A DNA stretch of 64,000 nt, from NCBI GenBank assembly GCA_037443265.1, contig JBBIOR010000004.1, positions 14,062 to 78,061 of the forward strand. Direction: 5' to 3'. This document shows, in pieces, positions 38,399 to 47,831 of this stretch (within the stretch, counting starts at the first letter, position 1; every line of letters begins with the position of its first letter). The notes under the pieces are model-generated. The model did no database searches, was not told the DNA's origin, and saw only the letters and a list, made by a program, of their open reading frames with translations. The position numbers and the translations under genes are program-made. Origin of the DNA: Candidatus Fraserbacteria bacterium (GTDB lineage: Bacteria > Bipolaricaulota > Bipolaricaulia > RBG-16-55-9).

Positions 38399-40000
38399 AT
38401 GGGGATGTGGATCTATTATGTGCTGGCCGGGCTGGGCGCGTTGGCCCTGGGATATGGATTAGGCAGTTGGCGGGCCGCGCGCGCTCGAGTGGAGCAGCTC
38501 CGTCGCGCCGAAGAAGAGCGGGCCAAGCAGGAAGAACTTAAGCGCCATTGGCAGGAGCAACACCAGCGTTGGCAAGAGGCGGAAAGCCGTCTGAAGAAGC
38601 AGCTGGAAGAGGAGCGGACGAAGCAGGAGGAACTGAGGGCAGCCTTCCAACAGCAGGAGCGACGCCTACAAGAAGCGGAGCGCCGGATCAAGCACCGCGA
38701 GGAGAAGCTCGAGCAGCTGGAGGCGCGCGTGCTCCGTCGCGAGGAACGGCTGGAGGAGAAGGCGGCTGAGCTCCAGAGGATCGAGAAGGCGCTCCAAGAG
38801 GACCTCGAGAGGATCTCTCAGTTGATCTCCCAAGGGGAGGCGTTGCTGGCCGGGGAGCGGGCTCGACTGGAGGAGCTGGCCGGCCTCACAGAGGAGCAGG
38901 CCCGCGAGGAGCTGATGAGGCGGATCAGTGAAGAGGCCGAGCACTTCTTTGCCAAGAAGATTCGAGAGATCAAAGAGCGAGTGGAGGAGACAGCGGAGCG
39001 CGAAGCTCGGAAGATCATCGCCACAGCCATCCAGCGCTACGCGGCCGATGAGGTCGAGCACTCTACGGTCAGTTTCGTGCCGCTACCCGACAATGATTTC
39101 AAAGGGCGCGTGATCGGCCGCGATGGGCGCAATATTCGCACCTTTGAGGCCCTTACGGGAGTAGATGTGCTGGTGGATGACACGCCCGATACGGTGGTGC
39201 TTTCGTGTTTTAATCCCATTCGGCGGGAGATCGCGCGTCTGGCGATGAAGGACCTCATCGAAGACGGGCGGATCCACCCTAGCCGGATCCGCGAGCAAGT
39301 GAATCGGGCCAGGGAGCGGGTGGCCCAGCGCATCAAAGAGGAGGGTGAGCGAGCCGCCTTCGAGGCCGGCTTAGACGGCATTCATCCAGAGCTGGTAAAG
39401 CTTTTGGGCCGCTTGAAGTTCCGCACCAGCTATGGCCAGAACCAACTGCAGCACTCCTTGGAGGTGGCTTTCATCGCGGGGGCGCTGGCAGCGGAGCTGG
39501 GGATGGACCCCAAGCCCGCCCGGCGCGCCGGGCTGTTGCACGATATCGGAAAGGCCGTAGATCACAAGGTCGAGGGGCCCCACTCGCTCATCAGCGCGGA
39601 GCTGGCCTGGCGCTATCATGAGTCTGAGGAGATCGTGCATGCGATCGCCGCACACAATGAGGAGGTCGAGCCTCAAACGGTGCTGGCTGTGCTCCTTCAA
39701 GCAGCCGATACGCTCTCGGCGGCTCGGCCGGGATCTCGACAAGAGACGTTTGAGGCCTACATCCAGCGCCTGACGGCCCTCGAAGAGCTCTGTCAGTCCT
39801 TCCCGGGCGTGGAGGAAGCGTATGCCATTCAAGCCGGCCGCGAAGTGCGCGTCATGGTCAAACCCGAAGAGATCAACGACGATCTGGCAGCCAAGCTCTC
39901 CTACGAGATCGCCCGGACGATTGAAGAAGAGCTCGATTATCCCGGTGAGATCAAGGTACAGGTGATCCGGAGCGTCCAGTTCACCGAGCGCGCTCGATAA
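38399..40000 (+). CDS. rny: Ribonuclease Y
   Basis: N-terminal TM, coiled coil, KH domain (KGRVIGRDGRNIR), HD domain (LLHDIGK), YAIQAGREVRV. Confidence 0.97.
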   Translation: MGMWIYYVLAGLGALALGYGLGSWRAARARVEQLRRAEEERAKQEELKRHWQEQHQRWQEAESRLKKQLEEERTKQEELRAAFQQQERRLQEAERRIKHREEKLEQLEARVLRREERLEEKAAELQRIEKALQEDLERISQLISQGEALLAGERARLEELAGLTEEQAREELMRRISEEAEHFFAKKIREIKERVEETAEREARKIIATAIQRYAADEVEHSTVSFVPLPDNDFKGRVIGRDGRNIRTFEALTGVDVLVDDTPDTVVLSCFNPIRREIARLAMKDLIEDGRIHPSRIREQVNRARERVAQRIKEEGERAAFEAGLDGIHPELVKLLGRLKFRTSYGQNQLQHSLEVAFIAGALAAELGMDPKPARRAGLLHDIGKAVDHKVEGPHSLISAELAWRYHESEEIVHAIAAHNEEVEPQTVLAVLLQAADTLSAARPGSRQETFEAYIQRLTALEELCQSFPGVEEAYAIQAGREVRVMVKPEEINDDLAAKLSYEIARTIEEELDYPGEIKVQVIRSVQFTERAR

Positions 40001-40074
40001 GGCCGGGAAACAGTTCAGTTGTAGCTGCTGCCCTCTTGCGCTATACTCGAAGCACCTAAGGAGGGGTTTTACCA

Positions 40075-40503
40075 ATGGGCATGCTCAAGATCTCAGCGCA
40101 GTCGAAGGCCACAGCCGCGGCCGGCGCTCTGGCCAACACCATCCGCCAAGAAGGCCAAGCTGAACTTCAAGGGATCGGCCCGAAGGCCATCAATCAGGCG
40201 GTCAAGGCCATTGCCATCGCCCGAAGATATCTGGCCTCCAGCGGCATTGATCTGGTCACGATCCCCTCCTTCGTGGACGTGGAGATCGAGGGCCAGACGC
40301 GCACGGCCGTGCGCTTTCTGGTAAAGCCTCGACATCTCTTGCAGGGCCCGGAGACGGAGCTTGCCGCGCGCCAGGAGGCGACTCCGGTCCGAGAATCTCC
40401 CTCCTTGGCCGAGGCCATCTCCGGCCGGTCGGCGATCGAGTCGCCTGCCCCCAATCCGAGCCCTCCTGAGAGTCACCTTGACAGAGAGGATGCCACGATC
40501 TAA
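40075..40503 (+). CDS. spoVS: SpoVS family protein with a low-complexity C-terminal extension
   Basis: LKIS..S...AAAGA.A, IG..AINQAVKAIAIAR.YL, PSF.DVEIEG..RTA. Confidence 0.9.
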   Translation: MGMLKISAQSKATAAAGALANTIRQEGQAELQGIGPKAINQAVKAIAIARRYLASSGIDLVTIPSFVDVEIEGQTRTAVRFLVKPRHLLQGPETELAARQEATPVRESPSLAEAISGRSAIESPAPNPSPPESHLDREDATI

Positions 40504-40588
40504 ACTCGATCCGTCACGTCCAGAGGCCTGGCGCCACATAGATCCGTTGCAGAGTGCCATCATACTGAGCTGAGGTGAGTGGAGTACC

Positions 40589-43500
40589 ATGCCACGAATA
40601 CAGCAATTCTGGGTCAATTTCACCCTGTGGGCCGTGATCATTGGCTTCGTCATCGGCGGGATCATCTTCTTTACGCCTGGACTGCAACTCTTCAATATCA
40701 ACTCGAATCCAGAGGAAGAAGTAGCCATTGTCGTCAACGGGCAGAAGATCACCCGTTCGGAGCTGGAGTTCGGCTATCAATCCCTCCTGCAGCAGTACCG
40801 TCAGCGGTACCAGCAGATCGGGGGCAACTTCGATGAACAACTCGAAGGAGCCAGTGGAGCGTATTATCAGCTACAGTTGCGCTCCCAAGCGGCGGATGCG
40901 TTGATTCGCACGACCCTCCTCCAACAAGAGGCCAATAGGCGGAACATCTCGATCCCTCGCACGCAAGTCGACATCAAATTCCGGGAGAGTTATGAGCAAT
41001 TCTTAAGGGCCAATCAGGTCACAGAAGAGCGGTTGCTAGAGTTCCTCAAGGACCCGAGGATTCGCGAGCGATTCCGCCAGTTCTTCAATTTGAGAACGGG
41101 CACGCTCTCTGAGTTTAAAGACAAGCTCCGCACTGAGGCAGAAAAGGAGCTCAAGCAGCAGAAGCTCAAGGAGCTCGTCGTAGGCCAGATCGAGCCCAAG
41201 GATCAAGAGCTCTTGGACTACGTGGAGCGGAACAAGCAGCGCTACTTTACGCGCATTCTCGGGCCGTTTTTGCCCACCGAAGAGGAACTGAAAGACTACT
41301 TCGAGCGCCACAAGGACGAGTACGCCAAGGAGGAAGTGAAGGCCAGTCACATTCTCATTCGAGTGGCGCCCGAGGCGCCTGAGGAGGAACGGGCTGCGGC
41401 CCAGAAGAGGATCGAGCAGATCCAGAGGCAGCTCCAAGCCGGAGCGGATTTTGCAGAGCTGGCTCGGCAATACTCTGAAGACTTGGCCACGAAAGAGGTA
41501 GGTGGAGACCTCGGTTATTTCCAGAAGGGCCAGAGCCGCTATGGCGAGCAATTCGATGAGGCTGCCTTTGCGACGGACGTGGGCGGGCTGAGCGGGGTTG
41601 TGCGCTCCGATGTGGGATTTCATCTCATCAAGGTGACGGATCGTCGCATCCGGGGCTTTGAGGACGTCAAGGAGCAAGTGAAGGGGGAGTTTATTAATGA
41701 GCAAGAGGAGCAGCGCTTCGAGGCGTGGCTCAAAGGCGCCCGCGAGCAGGGAACCTTCCCCCAGCTAGAGGAGGTCCACGCGCGACACATTCTGATCAAA
41801 GTGGCTCAGGACGCCCCCGAGGAGGAGGTGCAGTCGGCCTCGCGCAAGATCGCTGAGATTCGTGCGGAGCTTCTGGCGGGAGCAGATTTCGCGGAGCTGG
41901 CGAAGAAATACTCGGAAGATCTAGCCAACAAGGACCAGGGAGGAGACCTGGGCTGGTTCAGCCATGGGCGCATGGTGCCCGAGTTCGATCAGGCGGCCTT
42001 TGCCCTCCAAGAGGGGGAGATCTCGCAGCCGGTCCGCAGCCAGTTCGGGTTCCATTTGATTCAACTCCTCGAGCGGAGGAGGACGGACGACTTCAAGAAC
42101 GAGATTCGCACGGCTTATCTTCAGGAGGAGACGGAGAAGCGCTTCGAGGACTTTGTGAAGAAGACCACAGAGGCCGCGAAAATCGAAGTGCGCGAGCCGT
42201 TGCTTGCGGCCTATCGCCTGGAGGAGCGCGCCCGAGCCACAGACGACACAGACAAGAAGATTCAACTCTTCGATGAGGCCATAGCTTTGTACGGGGGCGC
42301 TCAACCAGAGCTGGTGACGGATCCCTATATCGGCTACTACCAGAGCCAGCTCTATCGCCAGAAGCTCAGCCAGCTGGAGGAGAAGTTCAAGGATTTGGGA
42401 GCTCAGGCCCCAGAGCAGGAGCGTCAGGTTCTCGAGCAGCAGATCGAGCAGGTCCGAGGGCAGGCCGTCCAAAGCTTTCTTAAAAGCACCTACGGAAAGC
42501 GCGATGCCTCTGCCTTCACCCAGATGCTGGAGATCGCTCCCAATAGCGCTGAACTGCGCTTCTACTATGCCCGCTATCTCATTGAACAGCAGGACAACGA
42601 AGACCAAGCCTATGAGCAACTCAAGAAGGCTGTGGAGATCGATCCTCAATACTGGCGGGCTCAAGAGCTGGCTGCGGACATTCAGGTCCTCCGCGGGCTG
42701 TATGCCTCGGCCATCGAGCATTTAAAGAGGGCCTTAGAGCTGGTGCCGGCCGGCTCTCGGGAAGAGCGCAATCTTCGCCTGAAGCTGGCTAAAGCCTTCT
42801 TTAACCAAGGGCGCCTCTTCGATCGCGAGGAGAATCTGGCCGAGGCAGAGAAGATTCTCATGCAGCTAAGGCAGGAGCTGGGAGAGACGGAGCCGCCTCT
42901 AGCGGACGTGCTGGCCGTCTTGGGCGATGTTTATATGGAGCGCGCCGAATTTCGCCAGGCTCAGACGGCCTATCGCGACTCGCTTAAAATCACAAACCGC
43001 ACGGCCATCGAAATCAGACTCGGCCAGGCCTATCTAGCCGCCGGACAGCTGGATCAAGCGGAAAAGACTTTCCAGAATATCACGGCCCGCGATCCCTATG
43101 CCGTGGAGGCTCGCATCGGCTTGGGTGACGTCTACCGCGCCCAAGGTCAAGCGGACAAGGCTCTTGCGAGCTATCGCGACGTCTTAGATCTTGTCCCCAA
43201 TACGGACGCGAAGCTGAGCGTCGCGAAGAAGATCTTGGAGCTCGATCCGCAGGATACAAAGACTCGCTTCCGGCTCGCGCAGCTCTATCTGGATCAGGGC
43301 AATTCCAAGAGTGCCATCGAGCAGTACCAGGCCATTTTGGCGCGCGATCCAGAGTCCTGGCAGGCCCAGAGGGGGCTAGGCGAGGCGTACTTTCTCCTGA
43401 AGGAGTACGGCCAGGCCAAAGATCACTACAAGTCTGCTCTTCTGCTTTCCCCGCCCAGCGAGCAGCAGATCCCACTCTATGAGAAAGTCCTTCAGGCGGA

Positions 43501-44140
43501 TCAAGCGCTGGTCGGAAGGGAGGGCCCGCTCACCGACGACGGTAAAGACGCCTTGCTGAAGCTAGCGGAGCTTTACCTCAAACGGGGCAGCTCGGCCCAA
43601 GCCAAAGAGCAGCTGGAGAAGCTCAGGAAGGACTATCCCGATTTCCGGATGGAGAAGGTCGCGGAGCTCATGAGCCAGCTGGAGGGTAGCCGTGTAAAGC
43701 AGGATGAGCTGCCGGGCGAGCCCGTGGAGGACCAAGGCCGGCTGCATGTCCGGCCCGGCGAGACACATCCGTCATACAACAGCAAGCCCCCCACATCCGG
43801 CTGGCACTACGACAACTCGGCCCCATGGGGCGTCCATAAAGCACCGATCCCGGATGAGCTTCAGATTCACAATCTGGAGCACGGCGGCGTGCTCGTTCAA
43901 TACAGACCCAACGCCCCGCAGGAGCTGGTCGCTCAGCTCACGTCCTTCGTGGAGAGGCTGCGCCAGCAGGCAAAATACTGCAAGCTCATCCTGGCCCCGT
44001 ATCCCGAGCTGGACAAGCCCCTTGCGCTCACGGCCTGGACGCGGATCTTGAAGCTTGAGAGCTTCGATGAGGAGCGCATGCTCGGCTTCATCGATGCCTG
44101 GATCGAGAAGGGGCCGGAGAAGGGCATCCCCTGTCGCTAG
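40589..44140 (+). CDS. Large PpiD/SurA-like foldase: TM anchor, SurA-N, two parvulin PPIase domains, TPR array, C-terminal DUF3105
   Basis: VNGQKIT; twice V.A.HILI...GADFAELA..YSED....GGDLG.F...F..AAF....S.VRS..GFHLI; multiple TPRs; GRLH...YNSKPPTSGWH...IHNLEHGGV.VQY. Confidence 0.85.
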   Translation: MPRIQQFWVNFTLWAVIIGFVIGGIIFFTPGLQLFNINSNPEEEVAIVVNGQKITRSELEFGYQSLLQQYRQRYQQIGGNFDEQLEGASGAYYQLQLRSQAADALIRTTLLQQEANRRNISIPRTQVDIKFRESYEQFLRANQVTEERLLEFLKDPRIRERFRQFFNLRTGTLSEFKDKLRTEAEKELKQQKLKELVVGQIEPKDQELLDYVERNKQRYFTRILGPFLPTEEELKDYFERHKDEYAKEEVKASHILIRVAPEAPEEERAAAQKRIEQIQRQLQAGADFAELARQYSEDLATKEVGGDLGYFQKGQSRYGEQFDEAAFATDVGGLSGVVRSDVGFHLIKVTDRRIRGFEDVKEQVKGEFINEQEEQRFEAWLKGAREQGTFPQLEEVHARHILIKVAQDAPEEEVQSASRKIAEIRAELLAGADFAELAKKYSEDLANKDQGGDLGWFSHGRMVPEFDQAAFALQEGEISQPVRSQFGFHLIQLLERRRTDDFKNEIRTAYLQEETEKRFEDFVKKTTEAAKIEVREPLLAAYRLEERARATDDTDKKIQLFDEAIALYGGAQPELVTDPYIGYYQSQLYRQKLSQLEEKFKDLGAQAPEQERQVLEQQIEQVRGQAVQSFLKSTYGKRDASAFTQMLEIAPNSAELRFYYARYLIEQQDNEDQAYEQLKKAVEIDPQYWRAQELAADIQVLRGLYASAIEHLKRALELVPAGSREERNLRLKLAKAFFNQGRLFDREENLAEAEKILMQLRQELGETEPPLADVLAVLGDVYMERAEFRQAQTAYRDSLKITNRTAIEIRLGQAYLAAGQLDQAEKTFQNITARDPYAVEARIGLGDVYRAQGQADKALASYRDVLDLVPNTDAKLSVAKKILELDPQDTKTRFRLAQLYLDQGNSKSAIEQYQAILARDPESWQAQRGLGEAYFLLKEYGQAKDHYKSALLLSPPSEQQIPLYEKVLQADQALVGREGPLTDDGKDALLKLAELYLKRGSSAQAKEQLEKLRKDYPDFRMEKVAELMSQLEGSRVKQDELPGEPVEDQGRLHVRPGETHPSYNSKPPTSGWHYDNSAPWGVHKAPIPDELQIHNLEHGGVLVQYRPNAPQELVAQLTSFVERLRQQAKYCKLILAPYPELDKPLALTAWTRILKLESFDEERMLGFIDAWIEKGPEKGIPCR

Positions 44141-44169
44141 GGAGACGCGTGCTATAAAGCGAGGCGAAG

Positions 44170-44424
44170 ATGACGGATGGCCATCGTCCTCCCCAGGATA
44201 CTGTGGATCTTTACGTGGAGATGAACGAGAAGGACGTGCATTTTTTAGAGGTGATCATTAAGGGCTACGATGGCGTGGCGCATCTGCGCCGCGACTGGAT
44301 CACGCAAGAGGGCCGTCGTTTCTTCAAGATCCTAGTTCCGCCCGATTTCCTCGATGAGGTGAGGCGCATCTTAGAAAACGCGCGAAAATACATCTGGTTG
44401 GGAGAGATCCGCACTGTGCTCTAG
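44170..44424 (+). CDS. DUF4911-like small protein
   Basis: KDVHFL..II.GYDGVA.LR, ILVPPDF..EV..IL; 84 aa. Confidence 0.7.
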   Translation: MTDGHRPPQDTVDLYVEMNEKDVHFLEVIIKGYDGVAHLRRDWITQEGRRFFKILVPPDFLDEVRRILENARKYIWLGEIRTVL

Positions 44425-44431
44425 GGCCTCT

Positions 44432-44947
44432 ATGGCTGGGTGGCTCTTGCCGGATGAGCAGCGAGATTCCGTCTATGAGCTGGATCTCGATGGTCTTTGG
44501 ACCCGCGGGATTCGAGGGATCATCTTCGATCTGGACAACACGTTGGGGCCGTGGGGATTTCCCAAGCTGGATGGAGAGGTCCGTCGCTGGCTAAAGGGCG
44601 TGGAGGCTCGCGGGTTTCGCATCGGGTTCCTGAGCAATCATGAAGGAGACGGGCGAGAGGAGCTCTGGGTGAGTCTGAATAGGCATCCGGTCGTCTTCCG
44701 TGCGGCCAAGCCGCGTCTGGGCGGGTATCGGCGCATGCTCGAGGGGATGGGCCTTCCTCCGGAAGCCGTCGCCATGGTAGGAGATCAGCTCTTCACGGAT
44801 ATTTTAGGGGCCAAGCGACTGGGCCTGTACGCGATCTTGGTCCGGCCGGTCGCTCCAGAGCGCGAGGAGGGTTTTGCGCGGCTGCGCCGCTGGCTTGAGC
44901 GGCAGATCCTTCGACTGGCACGCCCAAGAGCTTCACGGAAGAATTGA
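44432..44947 (+). CDS. YqeG family HAD-IIIA phosphatase
   Basis: IIFDLDNTL, LSN, AAKP, MVGDQLFTDILGAKRLG. Confidence 0.92.
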   Translation: MAGWLLPDEQRDSVYELDLDGLWTRGIRGIIFDLDNTLGPWGFPKLDGEVRRWLKGVEARGFRIGFLSNHEGDGREELWVSLNRHPVVFRAAKPRLGGYRRMLEGMGLPPEAVAMVGDQLFTDILGAKRLGLYAILVRPVAPEREEGFARLRRWLERQILRLARPRASRKN

Positions 44948-44953
44948 GGGCGC

Positions 44954-44983
44954 TTGACAACCCTGCCCGGGTGATCTTATGAT
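44954..44983 (+). promoter_or_regulatory. Sigma70-type promoter of the cop operon
   Basis: TTGACA (44954-44959), 18 nt spacer, TATGAT (44978-44983). Confidence 0.7.
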
Positions 44984-44987
44984 GGGC

Positions 44988-45016
44988 TAGCCCCACCCCG
45001 GGTGGGGTCGGATTAG
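44988..45016. promoter_or_regulatory. Probable CsoR operator
   Basis: C-tract/G-tract palindrome CCCCACC-CCG-GGTGGGG (44991-45007) at the predicted transcription start; csoR lies in the same operon. Confidence 0.75.
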
Positions 45017-45041
45017 ACCTGAATAGGAGGCCAGGATCGCA

Positions 45042-45254
45042 ATGAGGCAGCGCACATTGAGGGTGAAGGGCATGAGTTGTGAGCACTGTGTCAAGACGGT
45101 CAAGACGGCTCTGGAGAGCGTGCCGGGTGTGGCCCAAGCTCAGGTGTCGCTCAGTGAGGGGACCGCGGCCGTTCAGCTCACCTTGGAGCAAGTCTCTTCG
45201 GAGCGGCTCATTCAAGCCGTAAAAGACGCGGGCTATGAGGCTGAGGAAGCCTAA
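45042..45254 (+). CDS. copZ: Copper chaperone CopZ
   Basis: GMSCEHC HMA motif; 70 aa; AGY C-terminus. Confidence 0.93.
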   Translation: MRQRTLRVKGMSCEHCVKTVKTALESVPGVAQAQVSLSEGTAAVQLTLEQVSSERLIQAVKDAGYEAEEA

Positions 45255-45257
45255 GAG

Positions 45258-47468
45258 ATGGCTGTAAAGACGCGCTCTCATCACGATCAGGAGCGGACGG
45301 AGCAGCAGATCACCTTGCCCATTGAGGGGATGCACTGTGCTTCGTGTGTGGCCCGCGTAGAGCAGGCCTTAAAGGGCGTCCCCGGCGTGGTGGAGGCGTC
45401 TGTGAATTTCGCCTTGGAAGAGGCCTCGGTTCGCTTTGTGCCGGGGCAGGCCACCCCTCAGGCCCTTGTTCAAGCCGTGCGCAAAGCGGGCTACGACGTG
45501 CGCGAGGAGTCGCAAGAGCGCGCTGATGAGCATGCGCTCATTTTACGCAGGCGGCTGATCGCCGCAGCTCTTCTCACTACAGGTATTTTCATCTTGATGT
45601 ATGCCGAGTGGCTTGGACTTTCGCCCATAATGCTTCTGCTCCAAGCCCTCTTGGCCACTCCGGTGCAGTTCTGGGCGGGCTGGCAGTTCTATCAGGGGGC
45701 TTGGGCAGCGGCCAAGAACGAGACGACGGATATGAACACGCTCATCGCGGTGGGCACCTCGGCGGCCTACTTCTACAGCCTTGGCGTTCTCCTGGCCGGG
45801 GGCCAAGACGTCTACTTCGACACGGCAGCAGCGATCATCACGCTCATTCTCTTGGGGCGTCTTCTGGAAGCGCGCGCCAAGGGCCGCGCCTCCGCGGCCA
45901 TTAAGAGACTCCTGGGATTGCAGCCCCAGACGGCCCGGGTGCTTCGCAATGGCAACGAGTTGGACATCCCCGTGGCAGAGGTGCGCGTCGGGGATATTCT
46001 GCTCGTGCGTCCCGGCGAGAAGATCCCCGTGGATGGAGTGGTCGTCGAGGGAAGAAGCAGCGTGGATGAGTCGATGATCACAGGCGAGTCGCTGCCCGTC
46101 GAGAAGGGTCCCGGCGTAGAGGTCATCGGTGCAACCCTCAACAAGATGGGATCTTTCAAGATGAGAGCCACCAAAGTCGGCAAAGACACGGCGCTGGCAC
46201 AGATCATAAGACTGGTGGAAGAGGCTCAGGCCAGCAAGCCTCCGATTGCAAAACTGGTGGATGTCGTAGCCAGCTACTTTGTGCCCGCCGTGATTTTTGT
46301 CGCGCTTCTGGCGTTCTTTGGCTGGTCTTTTCTGGCGGGAGATCCTGTTCACGGGCTGCTCAGTGCCGTAGCCGTGCTGATCGTGGCCTGTCCGTGTGCC
46401 TTGGGGTTGGCTACTCCGACGAGCATTCTGGTAGGCACGGGCAGAGGCGCGGAGCACGGGATCTTCATCCGAAGCGGCCAGGCCCTGGAGCTCGCCCGCA
46501 AGCTCACCACCGTGGTGCTCGATAAGACGGGCACGCTCACGGTTGGGAAACCCCGCGTAACCGATGTGATTACCCTGGATGCCCTCGATGAGGCCGAAGT
46601 GCTCGCTCTGGCTGCCTCAGCAGAGAAGGGCTCAGAGCATCCGCTGGCCGAGGCCATCGTGTCGATGGCCCGTGAGCGAGGACTCCCGCTCGATGAGCCC
46701 CAAGAGTTTCTAGCCATCCCCGGCCGAGGGATTCGAGTCTCCCTCAAGAGAGAGAGAGGAGAGCATCGGGAGGTGCTTTTGGGCAACGAGCTTCTCCTGC
46801 GGGAGGAAGGCATCTCGCTCGATGGCGTGCTCGATCATGTCGGGAGGCTTGCGGCCGAGGGCAAGACGCCCATGTTTGTGGCGGTGGACGGCCGGGCCGT
46901 CGGCGTGATCGCCGTAGCCGACACTCTCAAAGAAGAAGCGCGCGAGGCCGTCCAAGCTCTCAAAGCGCTGGGACTCGACATCGTCATGATCACGGGGGAC
47001 CATCGCAGAACGGCCGAGGCCATTGCCAGACAAGCAGGCATCTCACACGTACTGGCCGAAATTCTTCCCGAGGGGAAGGCAAAAGAGATCAAGAGATTGC
47101 AAGATCAGGGGAAGGTCGTGGCCATGGTGGGCGATGGGATCAACGATGCGCCCGCGCTCGCGCAAGCGGAGGTGGGCATCGCCATCGGGACGGGGACGGA
47201 CGTGGCCATCGAGGCGGCAGACATCACCCTGGTGAGCGGAGATCTGCGCGGCGTGGTGACGGCCATAGCCCTCAGCCGCGCCACGATTCGCAATATCCAG
47301 CAGAATCTCTTCTGGGCGTTCATCTACAATGTCATTCTCATTCCTCTGGCGGCGTTTGGGCTGCTCAGTCCCATTCTGGCTGCTGCGGCCATGGGGCTCT
47401 CCAGCGTAAGCGTGGTCACCAATGCCCTACGGCTCAAGAGATTCCGTCCTTCGGTGGCCGTCTCCTAG
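45258..47468 (+). CDS. copA: Cu(I)-translocating P1B-1 ATPase
   Basis: GMHCASC HMA, TGES, CPC, DKTGT, SEHPL, GDGIND, YN and MxxSS transmembrane ligands. Confidence 0.95.
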   Translation: MAVKTRSHHDQERTEQQITLPIEGMHCASCVARVEQALKGVPGVVEASVNFALEEASVRFVPGQATPQALVQAVRKAGYDVREESQERADEHALILRRRLIAAALLTTGIFILMYAEWLGLSPIMLLLQALLATPVQFWAGWQFYQGAWAAAKNETTDMNTLIAVGTSAAYFYSLGVLLAGGQDVYFDTAAAIITLILLGRLLEARAKGRASAAIKRLLGLQPQTARVLRNGNELDIPVAEVRVGDILLVRPGEKIPVDGVVVEGRSSVDESMITGESLPVEKGPGVEVIGATLNKMGSFKMRATKVGKDTALAQIIRLVEEAQASKPPIAKLVDVVASYFVPAVIFVALLAFFGWSFLAGDPVHGLLSAVAVLIVACPCALGLATPTSILVGTGRGAEHGIFIRSGQALELARKLTTVVLDKTGTLTVGKPRVTDVITLDALDEAEVLALAASAEKGSEHPLAEAIVSMARERGLPLDEPQEFLAIPGRGIRVSLKRERGEHREVLLGNELLLREEGISLDGVLDHVGRLAAEGKTPMFVAVDGRAVGVIAVADTLKEEAREAVQALKALGLDIVMITGDHRRTAEAIARQAGISHVLAEILPEGKAKEIKRLQDQGKVVAMVGDGINDAPALAQAEVGIAIGTGTDVAIEAADITLVSGDLRGVVTAIALSRATIRNIQQNLFWAFIYNVILIPLAAFGLLSPILAAAAMGLSSVSVVTNALRLKRFRPSVAVS

Positions 47469-47503
47469 ACAGAAGCCGCAATGCGAAAGGAAAGGAGAGG
47501 ACA

Positions 47504-47797
47504 GTGAACCCTCACGGCGGGCTAGTGCATCTGCCGCAGCTCAAACGCGAAGCATTGGAAAGGATGCGCACGGTCAGCGGGCATGTGCAGGCCATCGAGA
47601 AGATGATCGCCGAAGAGCGCTATTGCGTGGATATTTTAAAACAGATCGCCGCCGTGCAGGCCTCGCTCTCCCAAGTCGCGCACCTACTCACGAAGGGGCA
47701 CATGCACGCCTGCGTCACAGAGGCCATCGTCGAAGGCAAAGGCGAGGAGAAGATCGAAGAACTGATGGAAGTTCTCAAATACCTTAAGAGTTACTGA
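47504..47797 (+). CDS. csoR: Metal-sensing repressor CsoR
   Basis: R...GHV.AI.KMI...RYCVDIL.QI.AV...H..ACV (C-H-C ligands). Confidence 0.93.
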   Translation: MNPHGGLVHLPQLKREALERMRTVSGHVQAIEKMIAEERYCVDILKQIAAVQASLSQVAHLLTKGHMHACVTEAIVEGKGEEKIEELMEVLKYLKSY

Positions 47798-47831
47798 CAA
47801 CTGACTGCCCTTGGCAAGAAGCTTTATTGGC

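Noticed and set aside
38500..38800. Repetitive GAGCAG/GAAGAG-rich sequence
   Set aside because: It encodes the RNase Y coiled coil; not a DNA repeat array or CRISPR.
40075..40503. SpoVS as evidence of sporulation
   Set aside because: SpoVS occurs in many non-sporulating lineages, and no other sporulation genes are present here.
41330..42070. Internal duplicated segments of about 300 nt
   Set aside because: Two parvulin domains within one protein; not a mobile element.
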